DNA of 64,000 nt from Elusimicrobia bacterium GWA2_62_23. Its GTDB lineage: Bacteria; Elusimicrobiota; Elusimicrobia; Elusimicrobiales; UBA9959. The position numbers and the translations under genes were made by a program. Each line of letters opens with the position of its first letter. Positions within the stretch are counted from its first letter, which is position 1. Under the pieces are notes generated by a model. It was not told where the DNA came from. It made no database searches and saw only the letters and a program-made list of their open reading frames with translations. This document shows positions 27,707 through 35,541 of this stretch, piece by piece. Location of the stretch: positions 1,309-65,308 of the forward strand of contig MGTV01000029.1 in assembly GCA_001799635.1 (NCBI GenBank), in the 5' to 3' direction.

Positions 27707-28658
27707 CCTCGGCTGCGGGTATAACCGCCTGGAAGGCTGGCTCAACCTGGACGCCAGTCCCGCTTCCGCGGCGGACCGGACCATGCCGGCGCACGATCTG
27801 GATCTCCCCGCCGCTTCCGTTTCCGAGATCCGCGCCGTCCAGCTGGCGGAACACCTGGGTTTTTTCAAGGCCAAGTACTTTCTCTCGGAATGCTGGCGGG
27901 TGCTGGAGCCCGGCGGCAAACTGCTGCTGGAAACCCCGCACATAGAAAAGACCTTCGAGTTCTTCCTGGCCGGCGGCCACGCCGTAAAAGAAGCCGCCCT
28001 CGGCTGGGTTTACGGCTCCGAGACCCCTGGTATGGGGCATGTTTATTGTTTCCCCGCGCCGCTTCTGGAGGAACTGCTGTCCGAGGCCGGGTTCGAGGTG
28101 GAGCGGCGTGAGGAGTTCCTGTTCCAGCCGGCCCGCCCCGCCCTGCGGTTCCTGGTCGTGAAAAAGCAGGGGGAAAAGGCGGCGCTGAACGCGGCCCTGC
28201 GGCGCAAACTCCTGGACGACGGCGTGGCCATTTTCGGGGAAGAAGAAACTTCCGCCGGGCTGGAGCTGGCCGTGCGCAGGCTGGTGGCCGGCGGGGGTAA
28301 TTCCGCCTCTGAGCTGGAGCAGGCGCTGGTGAGCGCCCCGGCAGCGCTCGCTTATTTTTCGCTCGCCGAAGAGAACGAACACCGCCCGTCCAGGGAGGCC
28401 GCCGCCTGCGCCAGGCTCTGCGGCTGGGAGCTGCAGGGGCGCCAGGCCGCCGCCTATCTGGCCGGCCTGGAGTCCGGGCTGAGCGACCGGCAGGCTTTCG
28501 AGAAAGGCCTGGAGGCCGGCCGGGAACTGTTGGCCGCCGCCCTGGCCGGGCAGGCGCAGCCGCCGGGCCAGGGGCCGCAACCGGGCGCGCCCGCGGTTTT
28601 TACGCCGGGCGCCGCGGCCGGCTGGGCGTTCCGGCGGAAATTCAAGGCGCCGCGGTGA
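27696..28658 (+). CDS. Class I SAM-dependent methyltransferase (Methyltransf_11-like) with a ~170-aa helical C-terminal extension
   Basis: MKLNLGCGYNRLEGWLNLD, VLEPGGKLLLETP. Overlaps the upstream gene by 11 nt. Confidence 0.75.
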   Translation: MKLNLGCGYNRLEGWLNLDASPASAADRTMPAHDLDLPAASVSEIRAVQLAEHLGFFKAKYFLSECWRVLEPGGKLLLETPHIEKTFEFFLAGGHAVKEAALGWVYGSETPGMGHVYCFPAPLLEELLSEAGFEVERREEFLFQPARPALRFLVVKKQGEKAALNAALRRKLLDDGVAIFGEEETSAGLELAVRRLVAGGGNSASELEQALVSAPAALAYFSLAEENEHRPSREAAACARLCGWELQGRQAAAYLAGLESGLSDRQAFEKGLEAGRELLAAALAGQAQPPGQGPQPGAPAVFTPGAAAGWAFRRKFKAPR

Positions 28659-28704
28659 TTTGCCGGGGCGGGCGCAAATATTATAGGCTTTAGTTAAGGA
28701 AGGG

Positions 28705-28732
28705 GCGGACCAGGGGGTCCGCTCTTTGTTTT
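28705..28732 (+). terminator. Intrinsic terminator closing the radical-SAM/U32/methyltransferase operon
   Basis: GCGGACC-AGGG-GGTCCGC followed by TCTTTGTTTT. Confidence 0.75.
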
Positions 28733-28793
28733 ATACTGGAAAAATTTACCGGCTTTCGCCTAAGACGGCCGGACATCATAGGAGAAACTACAA

Positions 28794-28970
28794 ATGAAGA
28801 AAATAGCACTGTTCACTCTGCCCTTCGCCGCGCTGTTGCTGGCCGCCGCCTGCAAGAAACAGGAAGCCGCCCCGGCCGCCGAGCAGGTCGCCGGTACCGC
28901 CGTCGAGGCCGCCCCGACCGCCGCGCCGGCTGCCGCCCCGACCGCCGCCCCGGAAAAGAAAGGCAACTAA
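28794..28970 (+). CDS. Small Ala/Pro-rich putative lipoprotein (58 aa, below the ORF-track cutoff)
   Basis: MKKIALFTLPFAALLLAAAC lipobox-like signal. GGAGAA SD. Followed by a strong terminator. Confidence 0.4.
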   Translation: MKKIALFTLPFAALLLAAACKKQEAAPAAEQVAGTAVEAAPTAAPAAAPTAAPEKKGN

Positions 28971-28989
28971 GTCTTTCCAGAGCCGAACC

Positions 28990-29025
28990 GCCGGCGCCTC
29001 CCTCAAGGGGGCGCCGGCTTTTTTT
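28990..29025 (+). terminator. Intrinsic terminator
   Basis: GCCGGCGCC...GGCGCCGGC stem followed by TTTTTTT. Confidence 0.75.
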
Positions 29026-29085
29026 CGCGCTCAAAATTAATTACACTATTCCTCAGCGGCGAGGCGCCGACCAAGGGGTTTTACT

Positions 29086-29382
29086 ATGAAAAAACTTTAC
29101 GAACTCGGGGCCAGGACCGGCCTGGACAAGGGCGACGTCAACCGCATCGCCAAGCTGGGCGTGCTGGGGCTGCTCGCCCTGGGCCTGGCCTCTCTGGCCG
29201 CCTGCTTCAAGGCGCAGAAAGCCGCCGAACCCGAAGCCGGGCCCCAGACGCTCCAGGACCTGGCCAATTCCGTGAACAGCAGCACCGGTCCCGTGAAGGA
29301 CGACTGCGGGCCTTATCCAGGGTATCCCTGCGGCACCCGCTACTACACCGTCAGCGTTTCCGATTTCCGGAGGTTGGCATGA
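29086..29382 (+). CDS. Hypothetical small membrane/lipoprotein-like protein
   Basis: Internal hydrophobic segment LGVLGLLALGLASLAAC. C-terminal CGPYPGYPCG motif. No family recognised. Confidence 0.4.
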   Translation: MKKLYELGARTGLDKGDVNRIAKLGVLGLLALGLASLAACFKAQKAAEPEAGPQTLQDLANSVNSSTGPVKDDCGPYPGYPCGTRYYTVSVSDFRRLA

Positions 29383-30323
29383 ACCGGAAATTAAAATTAG
29401 CCGCCCTGGCCCTGCTGCTCTGCGCGCCCGCCGCCGCGCTGGACTGCCCCCGCGGGCAGGAAACTGCCGAGGACTGCCCCTGGGCCGGCGCCGCCCGCCT
29501 GCTCAACGAGAAAGCGGCCCGGAACGAGCCGCTCGAGCCGGTCTTCGCCGCGCAGCTGCCCGGCCTGCTGCGCCAGCTGGACGCCGACCGCTCTTCCCCG
29601 GCGCTGCAGCTCTGGGGCGAAAGCATAAACTTCGACGAGCTGGCCAAGGGCGAGATAGTGCATCCCGGCATATTAACCTTTATTTCTGCCCGCCTGGGCG
29701 CCGCCAAGCCGCGCGGCCGCATAATTCACGCCGGGCTCGAACACACCTACGGCTATCTTTTCAGCCTGCTGCAGACCAAGTTCGGTTTCAAGCGCGCCCG
29801 CTGGGTACGCCCCGACATAGAGGACGGCCTGGGCCTGCCGCGCGGCAGCGCCGGGCCCGCGCCCGCCGAGGGCACGCTGCTGGCCAATATCACCTGCCTC
29901 GCCGGCGGCATAGCGCTCAAGGACGATCCGGCGGCCTCCGCGCTGCTCGCCCGCATGGTGCCCTACTGCTCGGGCCCTGTAAGGGCCTTCGCCGCCCGCC
30001 CGCTGAAGCGCGGGCGGCTTACCGAGGAAGTTCTGCTTCCCGGCGGCCGCAAGGTGGTGCTGCGCACCGACTTCGCTCCGTTCAGGGCGGTCAGCGGCGG
30101 CAATACCCACCTGCTGGTCTATTCCGTTTATGATTCCGTCCTGGGCCGCGCCTACTTGGTCACGGCTTTCCCGGTCGGCAAGGGTTTCGTCGACAACGCC
30201 CTGGCCCCGTCTGGGCTGGGCGCCGGCAAGCCGGTGCAGACGCGCTATAACGCCCACGTGGAAGGGCTGACCGGCGCCGGCAAGTTCAAGGGCAGCAGGG
30301 CTCTCGCCGTGATAGAGCAATGA
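29379..30323 (+). CDS. Hypothetical secreted protein
   Basis: Signal peptide MNRKLKLAALALLLCAPAAA. Overlaps both neighbours by 4 nt. No family recognised. Confidence 0.5.
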   Translation: MNRKLKLAALALLLCAPAAALDCPRGQETAEDCPWAGAARLLNEKAARNEPLEPVFAAQLPGLLRQLDADRSSPALQLWGESINFDELAKGEIVHPGILTFISARLGAAKPRGRIIHAGLEHTYGYLFSLLQTKFGFKRARWVRPDIEDGLGLPRGSAGPAPAEGTLLANITCLAGGIALKDDPAASALLARMVPYCSGPVRAFAARPLKRGRLTEEVLLPGGRKVVLRTDFAPFRAVSGGNTHLLVYSVYDSVLGRAYLVTAFPVGKGFVDNALAPSGLGAGKPVQTRYNAHVEGLTGAGKFKGSRALAVIEQ

Positions 30324-31813
30324 GAAAGCTGCTGCTGCCGCTGGCCCTGCTGCTCTCGGGCTGCGGCAATTATTATTCCGTAAGGGTTCCTTACAATCTG
30401 CCGGATATGCCCGGCGCCGCCTCGGCGCGTCCCGCCCTTTCCGCCGTCTACCTTAAAGTTTCCGTGCCAAAGTCCGGCGAAGATACCGGGCTGGGCGCCC
30501 TGGCCGGGGCGCTGACGAACCGCCAGGGCCCGGAGTTCAGGCCTTCAGAACTGGCCCGCAGGGCCGCCAGGGCGCTGAACGGTCCCGGCGCCAAAGTGTG
30601 CGCCTGGCGCGTGGACAAAACCGGCGGTGACGATCCCTTTCTCGGCCGGCTGGCTCCGTCGGGCCTGCTGGTAATAGAGGCGGCCGCGCCTTCCCTCTCT
30701 TCCAAAAAAGAAGAGCGCTCCAAGGTCTACTACAACAAGAAGAAGCAGTCTCAGACGGTGAAGAGCAAAGTCTGGGCCTACTCGGCCTCGCTCTACGCCA
30801 AAGTCTCCTTTTATTCCCTGCCGGAGATGCAGGAGCTTGACTCCTGGACGGACACCTTCTCTTTCGCCGAGGACCGCTTCGACAATTCCAAGGACGCCGC
30901 CGAGTGGTACGCCGAGAACGAGGGGAAACTCTACGCGGGGCTGGCCGAGCGGCTCAAGGGCCGCTACGCCGGGCGGCCCGTGGAGCGGTTCAGGCCGCTC
31001 TTCGCCGTGAAGAAAGACAAGGAATCCGAAGAGGCCCTTAAGCTGGCCAGAGAGAATAAGTGGGATGGGGCCGAAGAGATCTGGGGGCGCCGGGCCGGCG
31101 CGGCCGGCGGCTGGCGCGACCAGCTGGGCCTGGCGGTAGCCGCCGAACTGCGCAAGGACTACGCCGGAGCCGGGGCGCTTTACGCCCGCGCGCAGGCGGC
31201 CGCCGCCGGCGACAAGGCCGCCGGGGGCGTGCGCTGGGCCGAGATCTTCCGGGACCTGGAGATCTTCTCCTCCACCGCCGCGGCCGGCAGCTGCGGCCGG
31301 GACTGGTTCGGCGGGCGTACCGCGCTGCTGCCTTTCACCGACCAGACGACTTTCGTGGACGGGCCGCCGCTGGTGCGCCGCCTGGTCTACGAGCACCTCA
31401 AGGCCGCCGGCTACGACCTTTTGACGCTGGATGAAACTGACGAACTGCTGCGCCGCCGCGGCTTCTCGGACGGCGGCCAGCTGGCCGCGGCCAAGCCCGC
31501 CGACATCGCCGGCTGGCTGGGCGCGAAGCGCCTGATCTATTGCGATATCAGCGATTTCGGGGAGATCATGGCCGGGGTTTACAACCGGCGCATGGTGAAG
31601 GGTTCCGCGGTGGTCTGGGAAGCCGGTTCCGGCTCGGAACTGGCCTTCGAGGAAAGCGTGGTAAAGGTGAAGACCCCCAAGAACTTCGCATCGGGCCTGT
31701 TCAGCCAGCTCGCCAAGGGCCTGGCCGAGCGCATCAAGAACGCGCCGCTCGCCTACGAGAGCGGCCTCTTCGCCCGCCAGCTCACCGAAAACCTCCCCAA
31801 CCAAAGCAAATAA
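30320..31813 (+). CDS. Lipoprotein with a C-terminal DUF799/GNA1162-like domain
   Basis: Lipobox LALLLSGC. C-terminal LLPFTDQT...GYDLLTLDETDELL...GAKRLIYCDISDFG resembles DUF799 lipoproteins (from memory). Confidence 0.55.
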   Translation: MRKLLLPLALLLSGCGNYYSVRVPYNLPDMPGAASARPALSAVYLKVSVPKSGEDTGLGALAGALTNRQGPEFRPSELARRAARALNGPGAKVCAWRVDKTGGDDPFLGRLAPSGLLVIEAAAPSLSSKKEERSKVYYNKKKQSQTVKSKVWAYSASLYAKVSFYSLPEMQELDSWTDTFSFAEDRFDNSKDAAEWYAENEGKLYAGLAERLKGRYAGRPVERFRPLFAVKKDKESEEALKLARENKWDGAEEIWGRRAGAAGGWRDQLGLAVAAELRKDYAGAGALYARAQAAAAGDKAAGGVRWAEIFRDLEIFSSTAAAGSCGRDWFGGRTALLPFTDQTTFVDGPPLVRRLVYEHLKAAGYDLLTLDETDELLRRRGFSDGGQLAAAKPADIAGWLGAKRLIYCDISDFGEIMAGVYNRRMVKGSAVVWEAGSGSELAFEESVVKVKTPKNFASGLFSQLAKGLAERIKNAPLAYESGLFARQLTENLPNQSK

Positions 31814-31829
31814 GATCGATCGGCATGTT

Positions 31830-31858
31830 CCCCCTGCGAGCCGTTACGGCGCAGGGGG
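31830..31858 (+). terminator. GC hairpin after the lipoprotein gene (no clear U-tract)
   Basis: CCCCCTGCG-N11-CGCAGGGGG. Confidence 0.4.
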
Positions 31859-31870
31859 ATGTCCTTTCAT

Positions 31871-32041
31871 GCAGGCCGAATCATAGGAGCGGGTGGCGAG
31901 GGTGTGCCTTCCGAGGGATTTCCCGGAAGCCTGAGCTTGCGTAAGCGCGAAGGCTGAGGGATAAGCGGCGCGCACGGTGTGCGCGACCGCGTGCCCGAGG
32001 AAGGCATACCCTCGACAGGACCCGCGAACTTGCAGGCCTGC
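31871..32041 (+). repeat. Copy A of a 130-175 nt imperfect-palindrome intergenic repeat family
   Basis: Arms CGAGGGTGTGCCTTCC (31897-31912) and GGAAGGCATACCCTCG (31999-32014) pair over 16 bp. Shares conserved blocks with 39104-39233 (inverted) and 62721-62897. Confidence 0.75.
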
Positions 32042-32047
32042 CTACCC

Positions 32048-33328
32048 CTAATCCCTTTCGAAGACGAGCAGGGTTTCGGAGTGGGGGGTGTTGGGGTAGA
32101 AGTCGAAGGCGGCCGACCGGATTATCTTGTACTTCTCCATGAAGAAGGCGGCGTCGCGGCCCTGCGTGATGGGGTTGCAGGACAGGTAGATGATGCGCTT
32201 GGGCAGGATCTCCATGATGCGCTTGATGACCTTGTTATGCAGGCCCGCGCGCGGCGGGTCCAGCACCAGGATGTCGGTCCCGTCGAACAGGTCGTCCTTC
32301 ATCTTCTCGGAGAGCGAGCAGACCATGGAGAAGTTCTTGGCGCCGAGGTCCTTGGCGTTGAGCGCCGCGTACTTGGCCGAACTGTCCGAGGCCTCCACGG
32401 CCAGTACCTTGTCCGCGAGGTCGCGCAGGTGCAGGCCTATCACGCCCACGCCGGAATAGAGGTCCACCAGTTTGCCGCACTTGAATGCGGCGCCGCGGAT
32501 CTCCTTGAGCGCCTCGGCGAGCAGCTCCATGTTGTTCTGGAAGAAGCAGTCGAAGCCGTAATAGAATTTGTCGCCGAGGATCTCCTCGGTCACGAATTCC
32601 CGTCCCCAGGTCTTGAGTATTTCGTCCACCTGGCTGACCGAGCTGACGGGGTTGGAGTAGATGGCGAGGAAGCCGTCCAGCCCGGGCAGCAGCATGTCGG
32701 GCAGTTCGATGTCCCGGCGCTTCACGAACAGCGCCGCCACACGCGAGCCGGGTTTCTTGGCGTCGCGGATGATGAGCGTCTTGAGGTCGGCGGTGGAAAG
32801 CTTCAGGGAGTTGATGACGCCGAGGATCTTCAGGGCGGCGGCGTTGGCGGCCGGGCTGATGAGGGCGCAGCCTTCGGGCAGCAGGTATTTTTCACGGTAA
32901 TTGCCGCGCTTGTGGAAGGCGAAGGAGAGGGCGCCCGGCTCGCCGGTGAAACTGTACTCTATCTTGGTGCGGTAGCCGAAGATCTCTTTCGCGCCGTAGA
33001 ACTTGTCGAGCCTGATGGTCTCCTTGGTGGTCTGGTACAGCAGGTCCTCTATGAGGCCTTTCTTGGTCTCGCACTGGAACTCGTAGTCCATCACCTGCCA
33101 CGGCGAGCAGCTGAGGTAGTGGTCCTCCTTCGGGGCCACGCGGCGGGGGGAGGGCTTTACGATCTCCAGCAGCTCCGCCTCCGCGAAGTTCTTCTTCTCG
33201 AAAGTCACGCGGACCCTGGCGGTTTCCTCCGGCAGGACGCCGTAGCAGAATACCACCTTGCCCTCGCTTCTGCCGAGAGCTTTTCCTTCGCCTACAATTT
33301 TCTTGAATTCGAGCGTAATTTCGCGCAT
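32048..33328 (-). CDS. TRAM-domain class I SAM-dependent RNA (uracil-5) methyltransferase, RlmD/TrmA family
   Basis: N-terminal TRAM-like EGKALGRSEGKVVFCYGVLPEE. LVDLYSGVGVIGL SAM motif. C-terminal IIYLSCNP...DFYPNTPHSE. Confidence 0.8.
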   Translation of the reverse strand: MREITLEFKKIVGEGKALGRSEGKVVFCYGVLPEETARVRVTFEKKNFAEAELLEIVKPSPRRVAPKEDHYLSCSPWQVMDYEFQCETKKGLIEDLLYQTTKETIRLDKFYGAKEIFGYRTKIEYSFTGEPGALSFAFHKRGNYREKYLLPEGCALISPAANAAALKILGVINSLKLSTADLKTLIIRDAKKPGSRVAALFVKRRDIELPDMLLPGLDGFLAIYSNPVSSVSQVDEILKTWGREFVTEEILGDKFYYGFDCFFQNNMELLAEALKEIRGAAFKCGKLVDLYSGVGVIGLHLRDLADKVLAVEASDSSAKYAALNAKDLGAKNFSMVCSLSEKMKDDLFDGTDILVLDPPRAGLHNKVIKRIMEILPKRIIYLSCNPITQGRDAAFFMEKYKIIRSAAFDFYPNTPHSETLLVFERD

Positions 33329-33360
33329 AAAATCGCCTATTCCCGGTGCCGTTTGTTTTA

Positions 33361-33366
33361 TATACT
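33361..33366 (+). promoter_or_regulatory. -10-like box TATACT 9 nt upstream of the ATG at 33376
   Basis: TATACT, then ACATTTAGA, then ATG. No SD. Confidence 0.3.
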
Positions 33367-33375
33367 ACATTTAGA

Positions 33376-34524
33376 ATGACCGGACTGCAACAGAAACTTC
33401 CGCCCCACGTCAGGCAGCGGCTGCTTTATTGGGCGACGGTAGTGCTGGCCGCGGCCGCCCTGGCCGCCAATATAACGGCTTCCTGGAAGGTTTACCGCCA
33501 GGAGCCGCTGCGTGAGGCCGCCTCCCGCTCGCTCTTCGCCGCCAACTCCTCTTTTTTCTACGACTCCGGCCTGGCCGAGCCGCTGCCGGTATTCACGCTG
33601 AAGCTGGCCATGGCGGCGGGCGCGCCCCCGGACGCGGCGCTGCGCGCGCAGGGGCTGGCCGTCCTGGCCCTGCTGGGGTTGGTCACTTTCCTGGTCCTGC
33701 GCCGGCGTTTCGGGGAAACCGCGGCCGTCATGGCGGCGCTGTTCCTCGGGGCCAACCCGTATTTCGGCTTTTACGCCATGCAGGGCGGTTCCCACCTCTA
33801 CTCCCTTCTGTTCCTGCTGCTCTTCTGGCATTATTTCGACCTCCCGGGCGGCGGCCGGCGCGAGGCGCTGCTGGCCGGCCTGGCCGGCGGCCTGGCTTGC
33901 CTGAGCCGCCTCGATGCCGGGTGGGCGCTGCTGCTCCTGGCGGCCTGTTCGCTGGCGGCGCGCCGCGAAAAGACGCGGCTATTGCCGGCGGCGCTGGCGC
34001 TGGGCCTGGCCCTCCTGCTGACCCTGCCCTACCTGGCCTGGCAGAAGGCCAAGTATTCCAACGCCTTCTACGCGCAGGAACTGTCGCTGCGCCGCTGGGC
34101 CAATGTGGACAGTTACGGCTACGCGCCTGGGGCCCCGTACCAGGCCGCCCCGCTGGGACCCGCCGCCTTCGTTTTCCGCAACGGCGCTTCGGGCGCCCTG
34201 CAAAGTTTTTTCAGCGGCCTGGGCAGGGCCTTCTCCTACGAACTTCCGCGAACGGTATACTATAAATTCCTTTTCGTCCTGGTCTTCGTCGGGGGCTACG
34301 CAGCTTTCACACTTAAGAGGGACTGGCTGCTCTTTTTCCTGGCGGCGGCGCTGCTGCCGGTCCTGCCGCTCGCCACTATCAAGCAGGTGCCGGCCGCCGG
34401 AGGTATAGAACTCAGGTATTACCTCTGGGCGGCCTGGGCGCTCTTCGCGCTGGCGGGGCTTGGGTTCCAGGAACTGCTGGCTTTGCTGGAGCGCCGGTTG
34501 CAGAAAGCCGCGGTTAAAAAATAG
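33376..34524 (+). CDS. Polytopic membrane glycosyltransferase, GT-C fold (ArnT/PMT-like, GT39/83-like), putative
   Basis: About 10 hydrophobic segments, pattern resembling ArnT-type proteins. ATG at 33376 preferred over the track start at 33346. Confidence 0.45.
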   Translation: MTGLQQKLPPHVRQRLLYWATVVLAAAALAANITASWKVYRQEPLREAASRSLFAANSSFFYDSGLAEPLPVFTLKLAMAAGAPPDAALRAQGLAVLALLGLVTFLVLRRRFGETAAVMAALFLGANPYFGFYAMQGGSHLYSLLFLLLFWHYFDLPGGGRREALLAGLAGGLACLSRLDAGWALLLLAACSLAARREKTRLLPAALALGLALLLTLPYLAWQKAKYSNAFYAQELSLRRWANVDSYGYAPGAPYQAAPLGPAAFVFRNGASGALQSFFSGLGRAFSYELPRTVYYKFLFVLVFVGGYAAFTLKRDWLLFFLAAALLPVLPLATIKQVPAAGGIELRYYLWAAWALFALAGLGFQELLALLERRLQKAAVKK

Positions 34525-34541
34525 AAAGGACGGGCTTACCC

Positions 34542-35468
34542 ATGAACGGTAACAATAAATACAAATTCATCGCCGCGCTGGCGGGGCTCTTTCTGGTCCC
34601 TTTCCTTATCCTGAGCCGCCACTTCATTTACGGAGAGCGCGAACTCGAGCGCAAGGACATGTTGCGCTACCTGGAACTGCGCACGCAGACCGGCGCGGGG
34701 ATAATTTCCGACGTGCTCAACCTCAATTACAGCCTGTCCAGGCTGACCGCGGGCTCCGGCTCCGGGCAGGCCGGGATAAAGGACGAACTGCGGCGCCGGG
34801 TCAAAGAGGCCCCTTTCATCTATTCGGAACTGGCGCTGCTGGGGCCCTCTGGCTCCGAACTGGCCAGGTTCTCCGCGGAGAAGAGCGTGAAGGCGCGGCT
34901 TGACTACGGCCAAGTCTTCGCGGAGGCGAAAGAGAGCCGGGCTCCGGCCGGGGCGGTGGAGTACGGCGACTATACCCCGCCAGCGCTGGTACTCTGCGAG
35001 CCCCGCGCAGGCGCGGCCGCGAAGCCGGACTATTATCTGGCCGGGCGCCTGAGCCTGGCCTACCTGGGCGAAGTGGTGCGCATGATGGGCAAGAATTCCT
35101 CCGGCAATTTCGGCCTGGTGGACGCCGGCGGCCAGATCATCGCGGACTCCATGAGCATGTCCATAGTGAAACCGGGGCTTAAAGCCCCGCCCGAAGTAGT
35201 GAAACTGCTCCAGGTCTCCCAGGACCGGGAGGCGGAGAATTTTTCCAGCGAGGTATTCTTCCGGGGCCGGACCTATCTGGCCTCGGTCTCGGCCGTAGGC
35301 GGCACCCGGTGGTGGATCTACGAGATCATGGATGCGCCCGCTCTTTCGGCCAGGCAGACCTCCTCCTGGGCGATCCGTGTGGTGCTTTCGGGCGTGCTGC
35401 TGATAATCATCTTCTCCGTAATTTCATACCTGCTGGCCGTTCGCTGGCTTAAAGAGGAGCTTTTGTAG
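34542..35468 (+). CDS. Cache-like periplasmic sensor domain flanked by two TM helices, with no cytoplasmic output domain
   Basis: TM1 FIAALAGLFLVPFLIL and TM2 VVLSGVLLIIIFSVISYLLAV. Intervening pattern (LALLGPSGSELARF..., FGLVDAGGQIIADS) resembles Cache domains. Confidence 0.45.
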   Translation: MNGNNKYKFIAALAGLFLVPFLILSRHFIYGERELERKDMLRYLELRTQTGAGIISDVLNLNYSLSRLTAGSGSGQAGIKDELRRRVKEAPFIYSELALLGPSGSELARFSAEKSVKARLDYGQVFAEAKESRAPAGAVEYGDYTPPALVLCEPRAGAAAKPDYYLAGRLSLAYLGEVVRMMGKNSSGNFGLVDAGGQIIADSMSMSIVKPGLKAPPEVVKLLQVSQDREAENFSSEVFFRGRTYLASVSAVGGTRWWIYEIMDAPALSARQTSSWAIRVVLSGVLLIIIFSVISYLLAVRWLKEELL

Positions 35469-35541
35469 GCCTGGGACTTTAGGGCAAAGCTCCGGGGGCC
35501 GTTGCGCCCTTGCGGGCCGGCCGCCGGCGAGGTAACCTATC

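Noticed and set aside
28794-29382. Small ORFs downstream of the radical-SAM operon as RiPP precursor peptides
   Set aside because: Both have lipoprotein or membrane-type signal sequences. They are separated from the operon by a strong terminator (28705-28732) and lack a leader/core organisation or Cys/Ser/Thr-rich core.
31979-33379. 466-aa plus-strand ORF
   Set aside because: Antisense to the well-supported RNA methyltransferase gene (32048-33328). It begins inside repeat copy A and has no recognisable motifs.
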